Positions 33,373 to 41,811 of a DNA stretch of 64,000 nucleotides are shown in pieces. The stretch is taken from positions 9,091 to 73,090 of the forward strand of contig CACDVH010000005.1 in assembly GCA_902556205.1 (NCBI GenBank), given 5' to 3'. Both the position numbers and the translations under genes were made by a program. This DNA is from an uncultured Gammaproteobacteria bacterium (GTDB lineage Bacteria; Pseudomonadota; Gammaproteobacteria; PS1; Pseudothioglobaceae). The first letter of the stretch is position 1. Every line of letters starts with the position of its first letter. The notes below the pieces were generated by a model, which was given only the letters and a program-made list of their open reading frames with translations, searched no databases and was not told the DNA's origin.

Positions 33373-34993
33373 GCTTTGTTCTTTGATCCTTCAAAATGAG
33401 ATCGGATGCTTTTTCGCCAACCATAATAGTTGCGGCGTTAATATTACCACAGACTAAGCTCGGAAATATTGACGCATCAACAACTCTCAGACCTTCAATC
33501 CCATAAACTTTAAGGTCACTATCTACAACATTGCTTTTTGGATCAGACCCCATTCTACAGGTACTGGATGGATGAAATACTGTCCATACGGTATCTTTAA
33601 TGTGTTGAATCATTTGCTCATCTGTCTGGCACTGAGGGCCTGGTCGAAACTCCTCTCCAATAACTGGTCTAAAACTATCAGTTTTTGCTAGCTTCCTCAA
33701 AATCTTTACGCCCGCTAATAAGTCTTTGACATCATCCTCATTAGAAAGGTAATTAGGCCTAATGATGGGTGTTTTCAATGGGTCACTGCTTCTCAGATGC
33801 ACGCTGCCTCTTGATCTCGGACTACAATTTGAAATACCCAGAAGCATTGCTGAAAATGGATCTGGACTCATCATTGCACGTCTATCTGGAGACTCCAATG
33901 AGTAGCTGACTGGCGAAAAATAAAGCTGGATATTTGGCTTTTCAAGATCATCTCGAGTTCGAATGAAGCCGCCTGACTGATTGACACTTAAACTGAGCGG
34001 CCCTCTCCTTAAAAAAATATATCGAAGCCCGTGATAAACTTTACCTAGAACTGGTCTTAACTGGTCATTCAAAGTAGGTACTTTACTTTTATAAAAATAA
34101 CTCACACCGAGATGGTCTTGAAGGTTTTCTCCAACTGCAGGGCTATCATGAACTATTGGAACTGAAGCTTGCTCTAAGATATTTTTTGGCCCCACTCCGG
34201 AGAGTTGAAGGAGTTGTGGTGAGTTTATTGACCCTGCACTCAATATAACTTCACGCAATGCAGTAGCCTTGGAAGTCTTGCCTGACTTTAAGTATTCGAC
34301 TCCATACGCCCTTTTATTTTTTATGAGGACTTTTGTTACCCTAGCATTCTTGACAATTGTAAGATTGGATCGGCCCTTTGTTGGCCATATATACGCTCTC
34401 GAAGCAGACATTCGCTGACCCTTGTGGGTAGTAATCTGGTAATTACCCACTCCCTCTTGTTTCTCACCATTCATATCAGGATTTAACTGAATGCCAATCT
34501 CTTGAGCAGCAGATAAAAAATTCTCGCAAAGGAGGTGCAACTGGTTTGTCACTTCAGAGACATTTAAAGGCCCATCACCACCCCTGAAATTATCACTACC
34601 TTTTTGCCAAGATTCCATTTTCTTAAAGTAGGGCAGAACCTCTTTGTATGACCAGCCAGGATTTCCAGCTTCTGACCATTCATCAAAATCCTTTGGATTT
34701 CCTCTGACATAGACCATGGCATTGATTGAACTAGAACCTCCCATTACCTTTCCTCGCGGCCAATAACTGGGCTTATTGTCAGCATCTGGACTTGGCTCTG
34801 TCAAATACATCCAATTGACCTTTTTTTGGTGATAAGTAACTCCATAACCAATAGGCATCTGAATGAAAAAGCGTCGATCTGATCCGCCAGCCTCTATGAG
34901 TAAAACTTTATTCGCAGGGTCTTCACTTAGCCTATTCGCCAAAACACAACCTGCGGAACCTGCACCAACGATAATATAATCGTAATCTTTCAT
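33359..34993 (-). CDS. GMC-family FAD oxidoreductase (choline/alcohol dehydrogenase-like)
   Basis: 544 aa. Contains YDYIIVGAGSAGCVLANRLSED, GGSSSINAM.Y.RG and a C-terminal active-site region HPSSTCRMG....VVD..L.V.G...LRV.DAS.FP. Confidence 0.9.
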   Translation of the reverse strand: MKDYDYIIVGAGSAGCVLANRLSEDPANKVLLIEAGGSDRRFFIQMPIGYGVTYHQKKVNWMYLTEPSPDADNKPSYWPRGKVMGGSSSINAMVYVRGNPKDFDEWSEAGNPGWSYKEVLPYFKKMESWQKGSDNFRGGDGPLNVSEVTNQLHLLCENFLSAAQEIGIQLNPDMNGEKQEGVGNYQITTHKGQRMSASRAYIWPTKGRSNLTIVKNARVTKVLIKNKRAYGVEYLKSGKTSKATALREVILSAGSINSPQLLQLSGVGPKNILEQASVPIVHDSPAVGENLQDHLGVSYFYKSKVPTLNDQLRPVLGKVYHGLRYIFLRRGPLSLSVNQSGGFIRTRDDLEKPNIQLYFSPVSYSLESPDRRAMMSPDPFSAMLLGISNCSPRSRGSVHLRSSDPLKTPIIRPNYLSNEDDVKDLLAGVKILRKLAKTDSFRPVIGEEFRPGPQCQTDEQMIQHIKDTVWTVFHPSSTCRMGSDPKSNVVDSDLKVYGIEGLRVVDASIFPSLVCGNINAATIMVGEKASDLILKDQRTKHEDN

Positions 34994-35097
34994 AAGATAG
35001 ACATTAGAACCCTAGATGAATAATTTATAGAAATCAAAAAAAATAATACCAAAATAATCTATAAACTTGGAGCCATCCAATAAACTAATTTAATGCC

Positions 35098-35832
35098 TTG
35101 ACTTCAGACCCAGTAATTTTTCAATCAATATTAATTTTTGGTGCATTCATAGCAGGTATTGTCCAGGGTGCGACAGGCTTTGGAAGTGGAATTGTATTAA
35201 ATGCTTTTTGGCTTCATATTCTTGAGCCATCCGCTGCAATTTCATTAAACATTGTCTCCTGTTTATTTGTCTCTGCACTTCCCATATTCAAGCTTCGTAA
35301 AACTTTAAACTTCTCAAAACTTAAATCATTTGTAACTTTTGGTGTCATTGGAATACCGACTGGATTGCTCATATTAACTTTAACTGAACCAACAATTTTT
35401 AAGACAACAGTTGGGTTTATATTGGTTCTCTTTTCAATCTGGAAATTTAAAAGTAAAAACATTTTAATAAACTTTAAAAGCAGTCCCTCACTTGATAAAT
35501 TGATTGGCTTTATTAGCGGCATATTGGGAGGATTTGCTGCGCTTGGTGGAATACTCCCAACAATCTGGGTTAATCTTCAAAGACTTCCAAAAAATACTCA
35601 GCGTGGGACCTACGAACCATTCATTTTTATTACGAGTATTGCAGCAGTTGTTAGCTTTTATTTTGCTGGGTTTTTGAATTTAGATATTTTTTATTATTTT
35701 CTTAAGGTTTTTCCAGCCTTGATTATTGGGTCTCTTATTGGTGTCAAGATTTATTCATTTATTGATGAAGACCTTTTTCAAAAGGTTATTTTGGGGCTTA
35801 TTTTTTTTGCAGGGTTAGTATTATTATTTTGA
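35098..35832 (+). CDS. TauE/SafE-family (DUF81) anion exporter
   Basis: 244 aa, about 8 TM. G-rich TM motifs (GATGFGSGI; GGFAALGG). TTG start as given by the ORF track. Confidence 0.7.
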   Translation: MTSDPVIFQSILIFGAFIAGIVQGATGFGSGIVLNAFWLHILEPSAAISLNIVSCLFVSALPIFKLRKTLNFSKLKSFVTFGVIGIPTGLLILTLTEPTIFKTTVGFILVLFSIWKFKSKNILINFKSSPSLDKLIGFISGILGGFAALGGILPTIWVNLQRLPKNTQRGTYEPFIFITSIAAVVSFYFAGFLNLDIFYYFLKVFPALIIGSLIGVKIYSFIDEDLFQKVILGLIFFAGLVLLF

Positions 35833-35923
35833 TCAATCAAATAACTTTATAAATTATATAAAAAGATAGTAACTTTCTCAAAATAGTATTTCACTCTCAC
35901 ATGAATTAAGTTAAACTAGATTT

Positions 35924-35953
35924 AATCCACTTTTTTTCAGTGGATTTATTTTT
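35924..35953 (+). terminator. Rho-independent-type hairpin between the TauE gene and the SBP gene
   Basis: AATCCACT (35924-31) pairs with AGTGGATT (35939-46), with a 7-nt loop, followed by TATTTTT. It ends 17 nt before the AGGAGAG RBS of the SBP gene. Confidence 0.45.
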
Positions 35954-35970
35954 AAAATTAAGGAGAGAAA

Positions 35971-36987
35971 ATGAAACTAATAAATAAATTATTAGCTGTA
36001 ACAGCTATTTCGGTTGCTCTAGTGCCAGGAGTTGTGAGCGCTGACTGCGGAAAAGCAAGACTAGCTGATTTTGACTGGAGTAGTGCTAACATTCACACGG
36101 CAATTGCTGGCTTTATCTTAGAGCACGGCTATGGTTGCGATGTTTCTGTAACAAAAGGAAGCACAACACCAATTATGGCTGCACACTATGATGGACAGCT
36201 TGATGTTGTGACTGAGCTTTGGTATGACAACATTAAAGATACTTATGATAGTCATGAAGCAGCAGGAACAGTAAGAAACCTAGGAATTAATACGCCTGAC
36301 TCTCAGCAAGCATTCTACGTTGATAGAGCGACTGCTGATAAGTACAATCTTAGAAATGTGCTAGATATGAACAGCCCAGAAATTGCTGCGTTATTCAGTG
36401 ATCCAGAAAACCCTTCAATGGGAAGAATGACAAGTTGTATTGGTGGCTGGACTTGCTACACAATTAACCTTGTTAAACAAAAAGCTTACGGATTAGATAA
36501 ATACTACACTAACTTTGATCCAGGTTCAGGTGGAGCACTTGATGCGGCTATTGCTGGTGCGTTTGCTAAAAAGCAGCCAATCTTTACTTACTATTGGGCG
36601 CCAACAGGTTTGATGGGCAAAGTTGATTTAGTAAGACTAGCTGAGCCACCATTTAACGCCGAGTGCTGGGCATCAATGCAAGTTGTTGTTGAAGATATCA
36701 AGGCTAATGGAACAGATGCATGGAAGCCAACTTGTGGAGTTGAGTATAGAGACATGTCATTAGACAAGTCAGTTCTTGCCTCATGGGCTGATTCTCATCC
36801 TGATGAGACTGCATTCATCGAAGCATATAGCATACCAACTGCACAAGTCAATAGACTGCTTGCATTCTATGAAGATGAGTCAGATGGTGATATGGAGCTA
36901 ACTGCAATGGAATACTTATCCAATGATGACACATGGAAAGCTTGGGTGCCAGCAGACGTAGCTGCTAAGGTATCTGCAGCTCTATAA
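35971..36987 (+). CDS. Quaternary-amine (glycine betaine/proline betaine/carnitine-type) ABC transporter substrate-binding protein, ProX-like
   Basis: 338 aa. Signal peptide, then an aromatic-rich OpuAC/ProX-type fold (DWSSANIHT, ELWYDN, GGWTCY, YYWAPT). Followed by ProW/ProV-type genes. Strong RBS AGGAGAG. Confidence 0.8.
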   Translation: MKLINKLLAVTAISVALVPGVVSADCGKARLADFDWSSANIHTAIAGFILEHGYGCDVSVTKGSTTPIMAAHYDGQLDVVTELWYDNIKDTYDSHEAAGTVRNLGINTPDSQQAFYVDRATADKYNLRNVLDMNSPEIAALFSDPENPSMGRMTSCIGGWTCYTINLVKQKAYGLDKYYTNFDPGSGGALDAAIAGAFAKKQPIFTYYWAPTGLMGKVDLVRLAEPPFNAECWASMQVVVEDIKANGTDAWKPTCGVEYRDMSLDKSVLASWADSHPDETAFIEAYSIPTAQVNRLLAFYEDESDGDMELTAMEYLSNDDTWKAWVPADVAAKVSAAL

Positions 36988-37001
36988 GTTAGATTACATA
37001 T

Positions 37002-37032
37002 AAAAAAGAGCCCACTTGTGGGCTCTTTTTTT
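37002..37032 (+). terminator. Intra-operon rho-independent terminator/attenuator after the SBP gene
   Basis: GAGCCCA (37008-14) pairs with TGGGCTC (37019-25), with a 4-nt loop. Flanked by A6 and T7 tracts. Lies between the SBP stop (36987) and the permease start (37049). Confidence 0.75.
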
Positions 37033-37048
37033 AAATAGAATAAGCATC

Positions 37049-38050
37049 ATGATAAGAAAATTACTCACCTACTTTACTTTTCCCATAATCTTTGTTTGGC
37101 TTTTAGTTGTAAGCTATAACTCATCTAAAAGAAAGCCCGACAGCGCTATGGAACTTTTAACTGATCCCAGTTGGCTTTATGATTGGCCAAAATGGTTAGA
37201 TATTCCATTAATGAAGTGGATCAATGATGGCTTCAAGGTCTTCAATGAAAAGTATGGAATTTACTTTGAAGTAATCAATGACTTTCTTCTTGGTGCAATC
37301 CTGTCACTCAAAAAATTCTTAATTGTTTTGCCATGGCCAGTGGTCATCGCACTTGTTGTTGCAATTGTTTTCTTCTCGAGTGGAAGAAAACTTGGAACAA
37401 CCGTTTTTGTAGGAATCTGTACATTTTTTATTGGCTTCCTTCATCCCAAGTTTTGGGATAAAGCCATAGAAACCACCTCAATCATGATTATTGGAATTCT
37501 CATATGTATCATTATTGGTATTCCTCTAGGTATTGCAATGGCAAGAAATAACAAACTTCGAAATGCAATACTCCCTGTGCTCGATTTAATGCAAACAATC
37601 CCAAGCTTTTGCTATCTCATTCCAGGAATTATGCTCTTTGGACTTGGAGCAGTTCCAGCGATTATTGCAACCGTTATTTATGCAGTACCCCCACTAGTTC
37701 GTCTAACTGACCTAGGAATCACCTTAGTTGATACAGAAGTCATCGAAGCGGCTGAAGCCTTTGGGGCTAGCAAAAGACAGAAACTATTGGGCGTTCAGCT
37801 ACCACTCGCACTTCCAAATATTATGCAGGGAATTAACCAGTGCACGATGATGGCACTAGCCATGGTTGTTATTGCATCTATGATTGGAACGAGAGGCCTG
37901 GGCGATGAAGTTCTACTTGGACTCCAACAGTTGAACGTTGGAAAAGCTACCGAAGCTGGACTTGCAATTGTTCTTCTGGCAATCGTTTTAGATCGAATTA
38001 CCCAGGCTTATGGTAAAAAAATTCAAGATAGAAACCAACCACCAAAATAG
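37049..38050 (+). CDS. proW: Glycine betaine/proline-type ABC transporter permease
   Basis: The EAA-loop IEAAEAFGASKRQKLLGVQLPLALP and 6+ TM segments. Start moved to ATG 37049, because the ORF-track TTG at 37016 lies inside the terminator loop. Confidence 0.88.
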   Translation: MIRKLLTYFTFPIIFVWLLVVSYNSSKRKPDSAMELLTDPSWLYDWPKWLDIPLMKWINDGFKVFNEKYGIYFEVINDFLLGAILSLKKFLIVLPWPVVIALVVAIVFFSSGRKLGTTVFVGICTFFIGFLHPKFWDKAIETTSIMIIGILICIIIGIPLGIAMARNNKLRNAILPVLDLMQTIPSFCYLIPGIMLFGLGAVPAIIATVIYAVPPLVRLTDLGITLVDTEVIEAAEAFGASKRQKLLGVQLPLALPNIMQGINQCTMMALAMVVIASMIGTRGLGDEVLLGLQQLNVGKATEAGLAIVLLAIVLDRITQAYGKKIQDRNQPPK

Positions 38051-38059
38051 ATTCCTATT

Positions 38060-39094
38060 ATGTCGAAAATTGAAATAAACAATATTTATAAAATATTTGG
38101 TCCTAACCCTCAGCAAATAATGCCAATGGTAAAAGATGGAGCATCTAAAGAACAAGTGATGGAGGAAACAGGTCACACCGTTGGTCTTGATAACGTCTCA
38201 TTATCTATTGAAGAAGGGGAAATCTTTGTCTGTATGGGGCTTTCTGGCTCAGGAAAGTCAACACTAATTAGGCACATTAATAGGCTAATTGATCCTACTG
38301 CAGGAGAGGTTCTTGTTAACAATGTTGATGTTTGTAGTTTAGACGAAAAAGAAATATTAGAGTTCAGAAAAAAAACCATGAGTATGGTATTCCAGCGATT
38401 TGGACTATTTCCTCATAAGACGATTATTGAAAATGTTGCCTATGGTCTAGAGATTCAAGAGGTTCCTGAAGATCAAAGACATGAGATTGCACAGGGCCAA
38501 ATCAAGGCTGTTGGTCTTGAGGGCTTTGAACACCAGTATCCAGCCCAACTCTCTGGTGGAATGCAGCAAAGGGTTGGTCTAGCAAGAGCACTTGCAACTA
38601 ACCCCGAAATTCTTTTAATGGATGAAGCATTCAGTGCATTAGACCCGCTTATAAGAAGTGAAATGCAGAATCAATTGGTCGAACTTCAAGCCAAACTCAA
38701 AAAAACTATTGTCTTCATAACACATGATCTTGATGAATCTCTTAAACTAGGTGATCACATTGGTATTCTCAATGGTGGAAGACTGGTTCAGGTTGGAAAG
38801 CCGGAAGATATTATCTTAAATCCTGCTGATGATTACGTTAAAGCTTTTGTAAAAGATGTCAACCGCTCTAAAGTTCTTCGAGCAAGAACCATTATGACTA
38901 AACTGGATAAGTTTGATAAGTCATCAGTTAATCCATCATCAACATATAAGTATGATGAGGATACCTATATTGAAGATATTGTTCCTAAGGTATTAAAGGA
39001 CAGGTCAACAATTGAGGTTATTGATAAAGAAGGTATGACTACTGGATTTATCACATCTGATGAACTCTCAGTTGCACTAACTAAAACGAAATAA
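38060..39094 (+). CDS. proV: Glycine betaine/proline-type ABC transporter ATPase
   Basis: 344 aa. Walker A GLSGSGKST, signature LSGGMQQRVGLARAL, Walker B ILLMDEAFSALD, and a short CBS-like tail. Confidence 0.92.
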   Translation: MSKIEINNIYKIFGPNPQQIMPMVKDGASKEQVMEETGHTVGLDNVSLSIEEGEIFVCMGLSGSGKSTLIRHINRLIDPTAGEVLVNNVDVCSLDEKEILEFRKKTMSMVFQRFGLFPHKTIIENVAYGLEIQEVPEDQRHEIAQGQIKAVGLEGFEHQYPAQLSGGMQQRVGLARALATNPEILLMDEAFSALDPLIRSEMQNQLVELQAKLKKTIVFITHDLDESLKLGDHIGILNGGRLVQVGKPEDIILNPADDYVKAFVKDVNRSKVLRARTIMTKLDKFDKSSVNPSSTYKYDEDTYIEDIVPKVLKDRSTIEVIDKEGMTTGFITSDELSVALTKTK

Positions 39095-39101
39095 ACCCTC
39101 A

Positions 39102-39875
39102 TTGAAATCTGCGAGCAAAAATATAATTATTTCAGCAGCGGCAGATGGAATTGGCTGGTGCATTGCCAAGTCCTTGTTAGACCGGGGATACACAGTTTAT
39201 GCTTCTGATATAAATCAAAAAAAAATTAATGAACTAAATCATCATCCTCTAATCAATACAAGATTATTTGTTGACAACGTAGATGCTGCAAATGCAGATT
39301 CAGTAAATAATTATTTTGAATCTTTAAAATTATCAAGCATTGATGGCTTGATTAATAATGTTGGTATTGCAGGACCCACTGGAACAATGGAGGAAATATC
39401 AATAGATGACTGGAATCAAACTATAGAAACGAACTTAAATAGTCATTTTTATTTTACTAAGCAGGCTATACTACTTTTAAAGAAAAATAAAGGTGGGTCA
39501 ATTGTCAACCTATCTTCAACAGCTGGAATCTTTGGGTTTCCTTTGAGAACGCCCTATGCAGCATCTAAATGGGCAATTATTGGAGTCACTAAATCCTTGG
39601 CTATGGAGCTAGGAAAATTCAATATACGAGTCAATGCAATCTGTCCAGGTTCGGTGTCAGGAGATCGAATTAATAGGGTGATTGAGGCAAAGGCAAAATC
39701 ACTTAAAACTCCTGTTAGTGAAGTCAAAGAAGATTTTGAGGGTATGGTTTCACTGAAATCTTTCGTTGACAAAGAAGATATTGCTAATATGGCAACATTT
39801 CTTTTATCTGACCAAGCGAAGAAAATATCCGGTCAAGTCATGACCGTAGATGGCAATACTGAAAGGATGGACTAA
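39102..39875 (+). CDS. Short-chain dehydrogenase/reductase (SDR)
   Basis: 257 aa. Contains NNVGIAG and the catalytic SS...YAASK. TTG start. Last gene of the plus-strand transporter unit. Confidence 0.85.
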   Translation: MKSASKNIIISAAADGIGWCIAKSLLDRGYTVYASDINQKKINELNHHPLINTRLFVDNVDAANADSVNNYFESLKLSSIDGLINNVGIAGPTGTMEEISIDDWNQTIETNLNSHFYFTKQAILLLKKNKGGSIVNLSSTAGIFGFPLRTPYAASKWAIIGVTKSLAMELGKFNIRVNAICPGSVSGDRINRVIEAKAKSLKTPVSEVKEDFEGMVSLKSFVDKEDIANMATFLLSDQAKKISGQVMTVDGNTERMD

Positions 39876-39900
39876 ATAGAATTGATTCAATAATACCTAT

Positions 39901-40545
39901 TTAATGAAGCCCTGCAATATACTGAGATAGAGCATCTATTTCTTCATTAGTCAGACCCATAGCAACATTATTCATCATCTCATTGACTCGCTCTACACCA
40001 TCAGAGCCTGTCTGTTTATTGATGGAATACTGACGGAAAGCCTTTAGCTGTGATGCAGTGTACTCAGCGTGCTGCGCTGCAACTGCTGGGAATCCTGCAG
40101 TTGGTATCCCCTCGCCTTTGGCACCATGACATGCAATACAAGCAGTCGTTTGAGTTTCCATTTTACCGCCTACATAAATTTTTCTACCAAGTTCAATTTG
40201 TTCAGCTGAACCCTTAGCGGAGTTTTCACTAATTGTTTGGATTGAGTAGTAAGCAGCAATATCTTCCATATCTTGGTCAGAGAGTAATGAGGCGACACCA
40301 GCCATCATTGCATTGTTTCTCTCACCAGATTTAAAATGCTGAAGTTGCTTGACAAGATAAGCCTCTCCTTGACCAGCAAGCTTTGGAAAGTTTGGGATCG
40401 TACTATTTCCGGCTAGACCATGGCAGCCCATACATGTAGCAGATTTAACTTGGCCTGCTTCTGCATCTCCTGCAGCCATTGAAGGACTAACTAGCGTGGT
40501 CATTAGTATGGAAGCTAAAATAATAAGCGTTTTTTTCATTCTCAA
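39901..40545 (-). CDS. cc4: Diheme cytochrome c4
   Basis: 214 aa. Signal peptide, two heme sites (CMGCH, CIACH), and two Met-containing distal-ligand segments (ERNNAMM; VNEMMNNVA). Confidence 0.9.
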   Translation of the reverse strand: MRMKKTLIILASILMTTLVSPSMAAGDAEAGQVKSATCMGCHGLAGNSTIPNFPKLAGQGEAYLVKQLQHFKSGERNNAMMAGVASLLSDQDMEDIAAYYSIQTISENSAKGSAEQIELGRKIYVGGKMETQTTACIACHGAKGEGIPTAGFPAVAAQHAEYTASQLKAFRQYSINKQTGSDGVERVNEMMNNVAMGLTNEEIDALSQYIAGLH

Positions 40546-40628
40546 TCTCCAAAAAATTCAGTGAAATTATACGTGATAAATCTGGGTTAAGAAACCCTCT
40601 AATTACTTAAAATTTAAAAAGAAAAATT

Positions 40629-40952
40629 CTATCTTTGCGGATCTTGAATAGAGAGATATTCTGCTATCGATCTCTCAAAACCTTCAGCCATTGGAGCCAT
40701 TGCATTCATATATGAATTTTGACGCTGACCCGACTGAAAATATTCAAGTTGCTGGATGATCCATTCGACATCTTTGCCTGCAAGAGAGGGAATTGCTTCG
40801 TCATTAGAGCGTCCATTTTCACCGTGGCAACTTGCACATCCTAGTGCACCATACATTGCCTCACCCTCACTATTGGCATGAATACTAATAGAAAAAGTGG
40901 CTAAAACAAACACGATAATCGTATGAATAAATTTTGTCATAGTTCTAAGCAC
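40629..40952 (-). CDS. Monoheme class I cytochrome c
   Basis: 107 aa. Signal peptide, CASCH heme site, and a downstream NSYMNAMAPM Met ligand region. Confidence 0.85.
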   Translation of the reverse strand: MLRTMTKFIHTIIVFVLATFSISIHANSEGEAMYGALGCASCHGENGRSNDEAIPSLAGKDVEWIIQQLEYFQSGQRQNSYMNAMAPMAEGFERSIAEYLSIQDPQR

Positions 40953-41010
40953 TTATGATCTCTAATTCATTATACCCATTAATGTTTTACTAGACTCTAG
41001 TTGATGCAAG

Positions 41011-41796
41011 TTATTGACCTTTCCATTCAGGTGATCGTTTTTCTGAAAAGGCAATTGGCCCCTCCTTAGCATCCTCAGAATTTAGCATTTTATGATAGGC
41101 TTCAATTTTTCCAGATCGCATCAATTCATAAGCCTCCTCTAAGCCCATCATTTCAGTTGATCTCATAACAGACTTTATGGCTGCCAAAGAGAGTGGAGCT
41201 GAATTTGAAATCTGATGAGCCCACTCAAGAGCATCATTAATTAAATCATCTTGATCACAACTTCTATTAACCAGACCATAATGTTTTGCCTCTTCAACAC
41301 CCATCCTTCGGCCAGTCATAAGCATATCCATTGCGACTGGCTTTGGTAAGCGGCGTGGAAGTCTCAAAACACCACCACTGTCTGGGATAAGACCTAAAGT
41401 AGCCTCAGGTACAAAAAATTCTGCACTAGTTGAAGCAATTATCAGATCTGCAGCGAGTGCCAACTCAAACCCACCACCAACTGCTAATCCGTTCACTGCA
41501 GCAATTACAGGTTTATTTAGATCCCATAACTCTGTCAGACCCGCAAAACCACCGGGGCCAAAATCAGCATCAATCGCTTCCCCTTCAGAAGCGGCCTTTA
41601 AATCCCATCCTCCACAAAAAAAACGATCTCCAGCGCCAGTAATAACCGCAGCTCTAAGGTTATAATCATCCCTGAACCGAATAAAGGCTTCTCCAAGTTC
41701 ATAGCTCGTTTTTACATCGATAGCATTAGCTTTTGGACGATCCAAAGTGATTAAAACAACCTCGCCATGGATCTCATAATTTACTGAATCATTCAT
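41011..41796 (-). CDS. caiD: Carnitinyl-CoA dehydratase-like crotonase (CaiD family)
   Basis: 261 aa. Tracks E. coli CaiD, as I recall it, over the full length: [48 protein letters not shown]...[31 protein letters not shown] and SEDA.EGP.AF.EKR.P.WKG. Confidence 0.8.
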   Translation of the reverse strand: MNDSVNYEIHGEVVLITLDRPKANAIDVKTSYELGEAFIRFRDDYNLRAAVITGAGDRFFCGGWDLKAASEGEAIDADFGPGGFAGLTELWDLNKPVIAAVNGLAVGGGFELALAADLIIASTSAEFFVPEATLGLIPDSGGVLRLPRRLPKPVAMDMLMTGRRMGVEEAKHYGLVNRSCDQDDLINDALEWAHQISNSAPLSLAAIKSVMRSTEMMGLEEAYELMRSGKIEAYHKMLNSEDAKEGPIAFSEKRSPEWKGQ

Positions 41797-41811
41797 ATTT
41801 ACCTCAATCTA

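Noticed and set aside
33359-34993. Calling the GMC oxidoreductase betA (choline dehydrogenase) as part of a bet operon
   Set aside because: No betB (betaine aldehyde dehydrogenase) or betI is in the window. GMC enzymes of this type have many substrates.
39876-39900. ATTGA-T-TCAAT mini-palindrome in the convergent SDR/cc4 gap, as a bidirectional terminator
   Set aside because: It has a 5-bp AT-rich stem and no flanking T/A tracts.
40546-40628. Independent promoter for cc4 (TATAAT-like CGTATAAT on the minus strand) and a small GGGTT/AACCC hairpin after the monoheme cytochrome gene
   Set aside because: There is no acceptable -35 at 16-18 nt spacing, and the hairpin has only 5 bp. This is too weak to annotate, so co-transcription with upstream genes remains possible.
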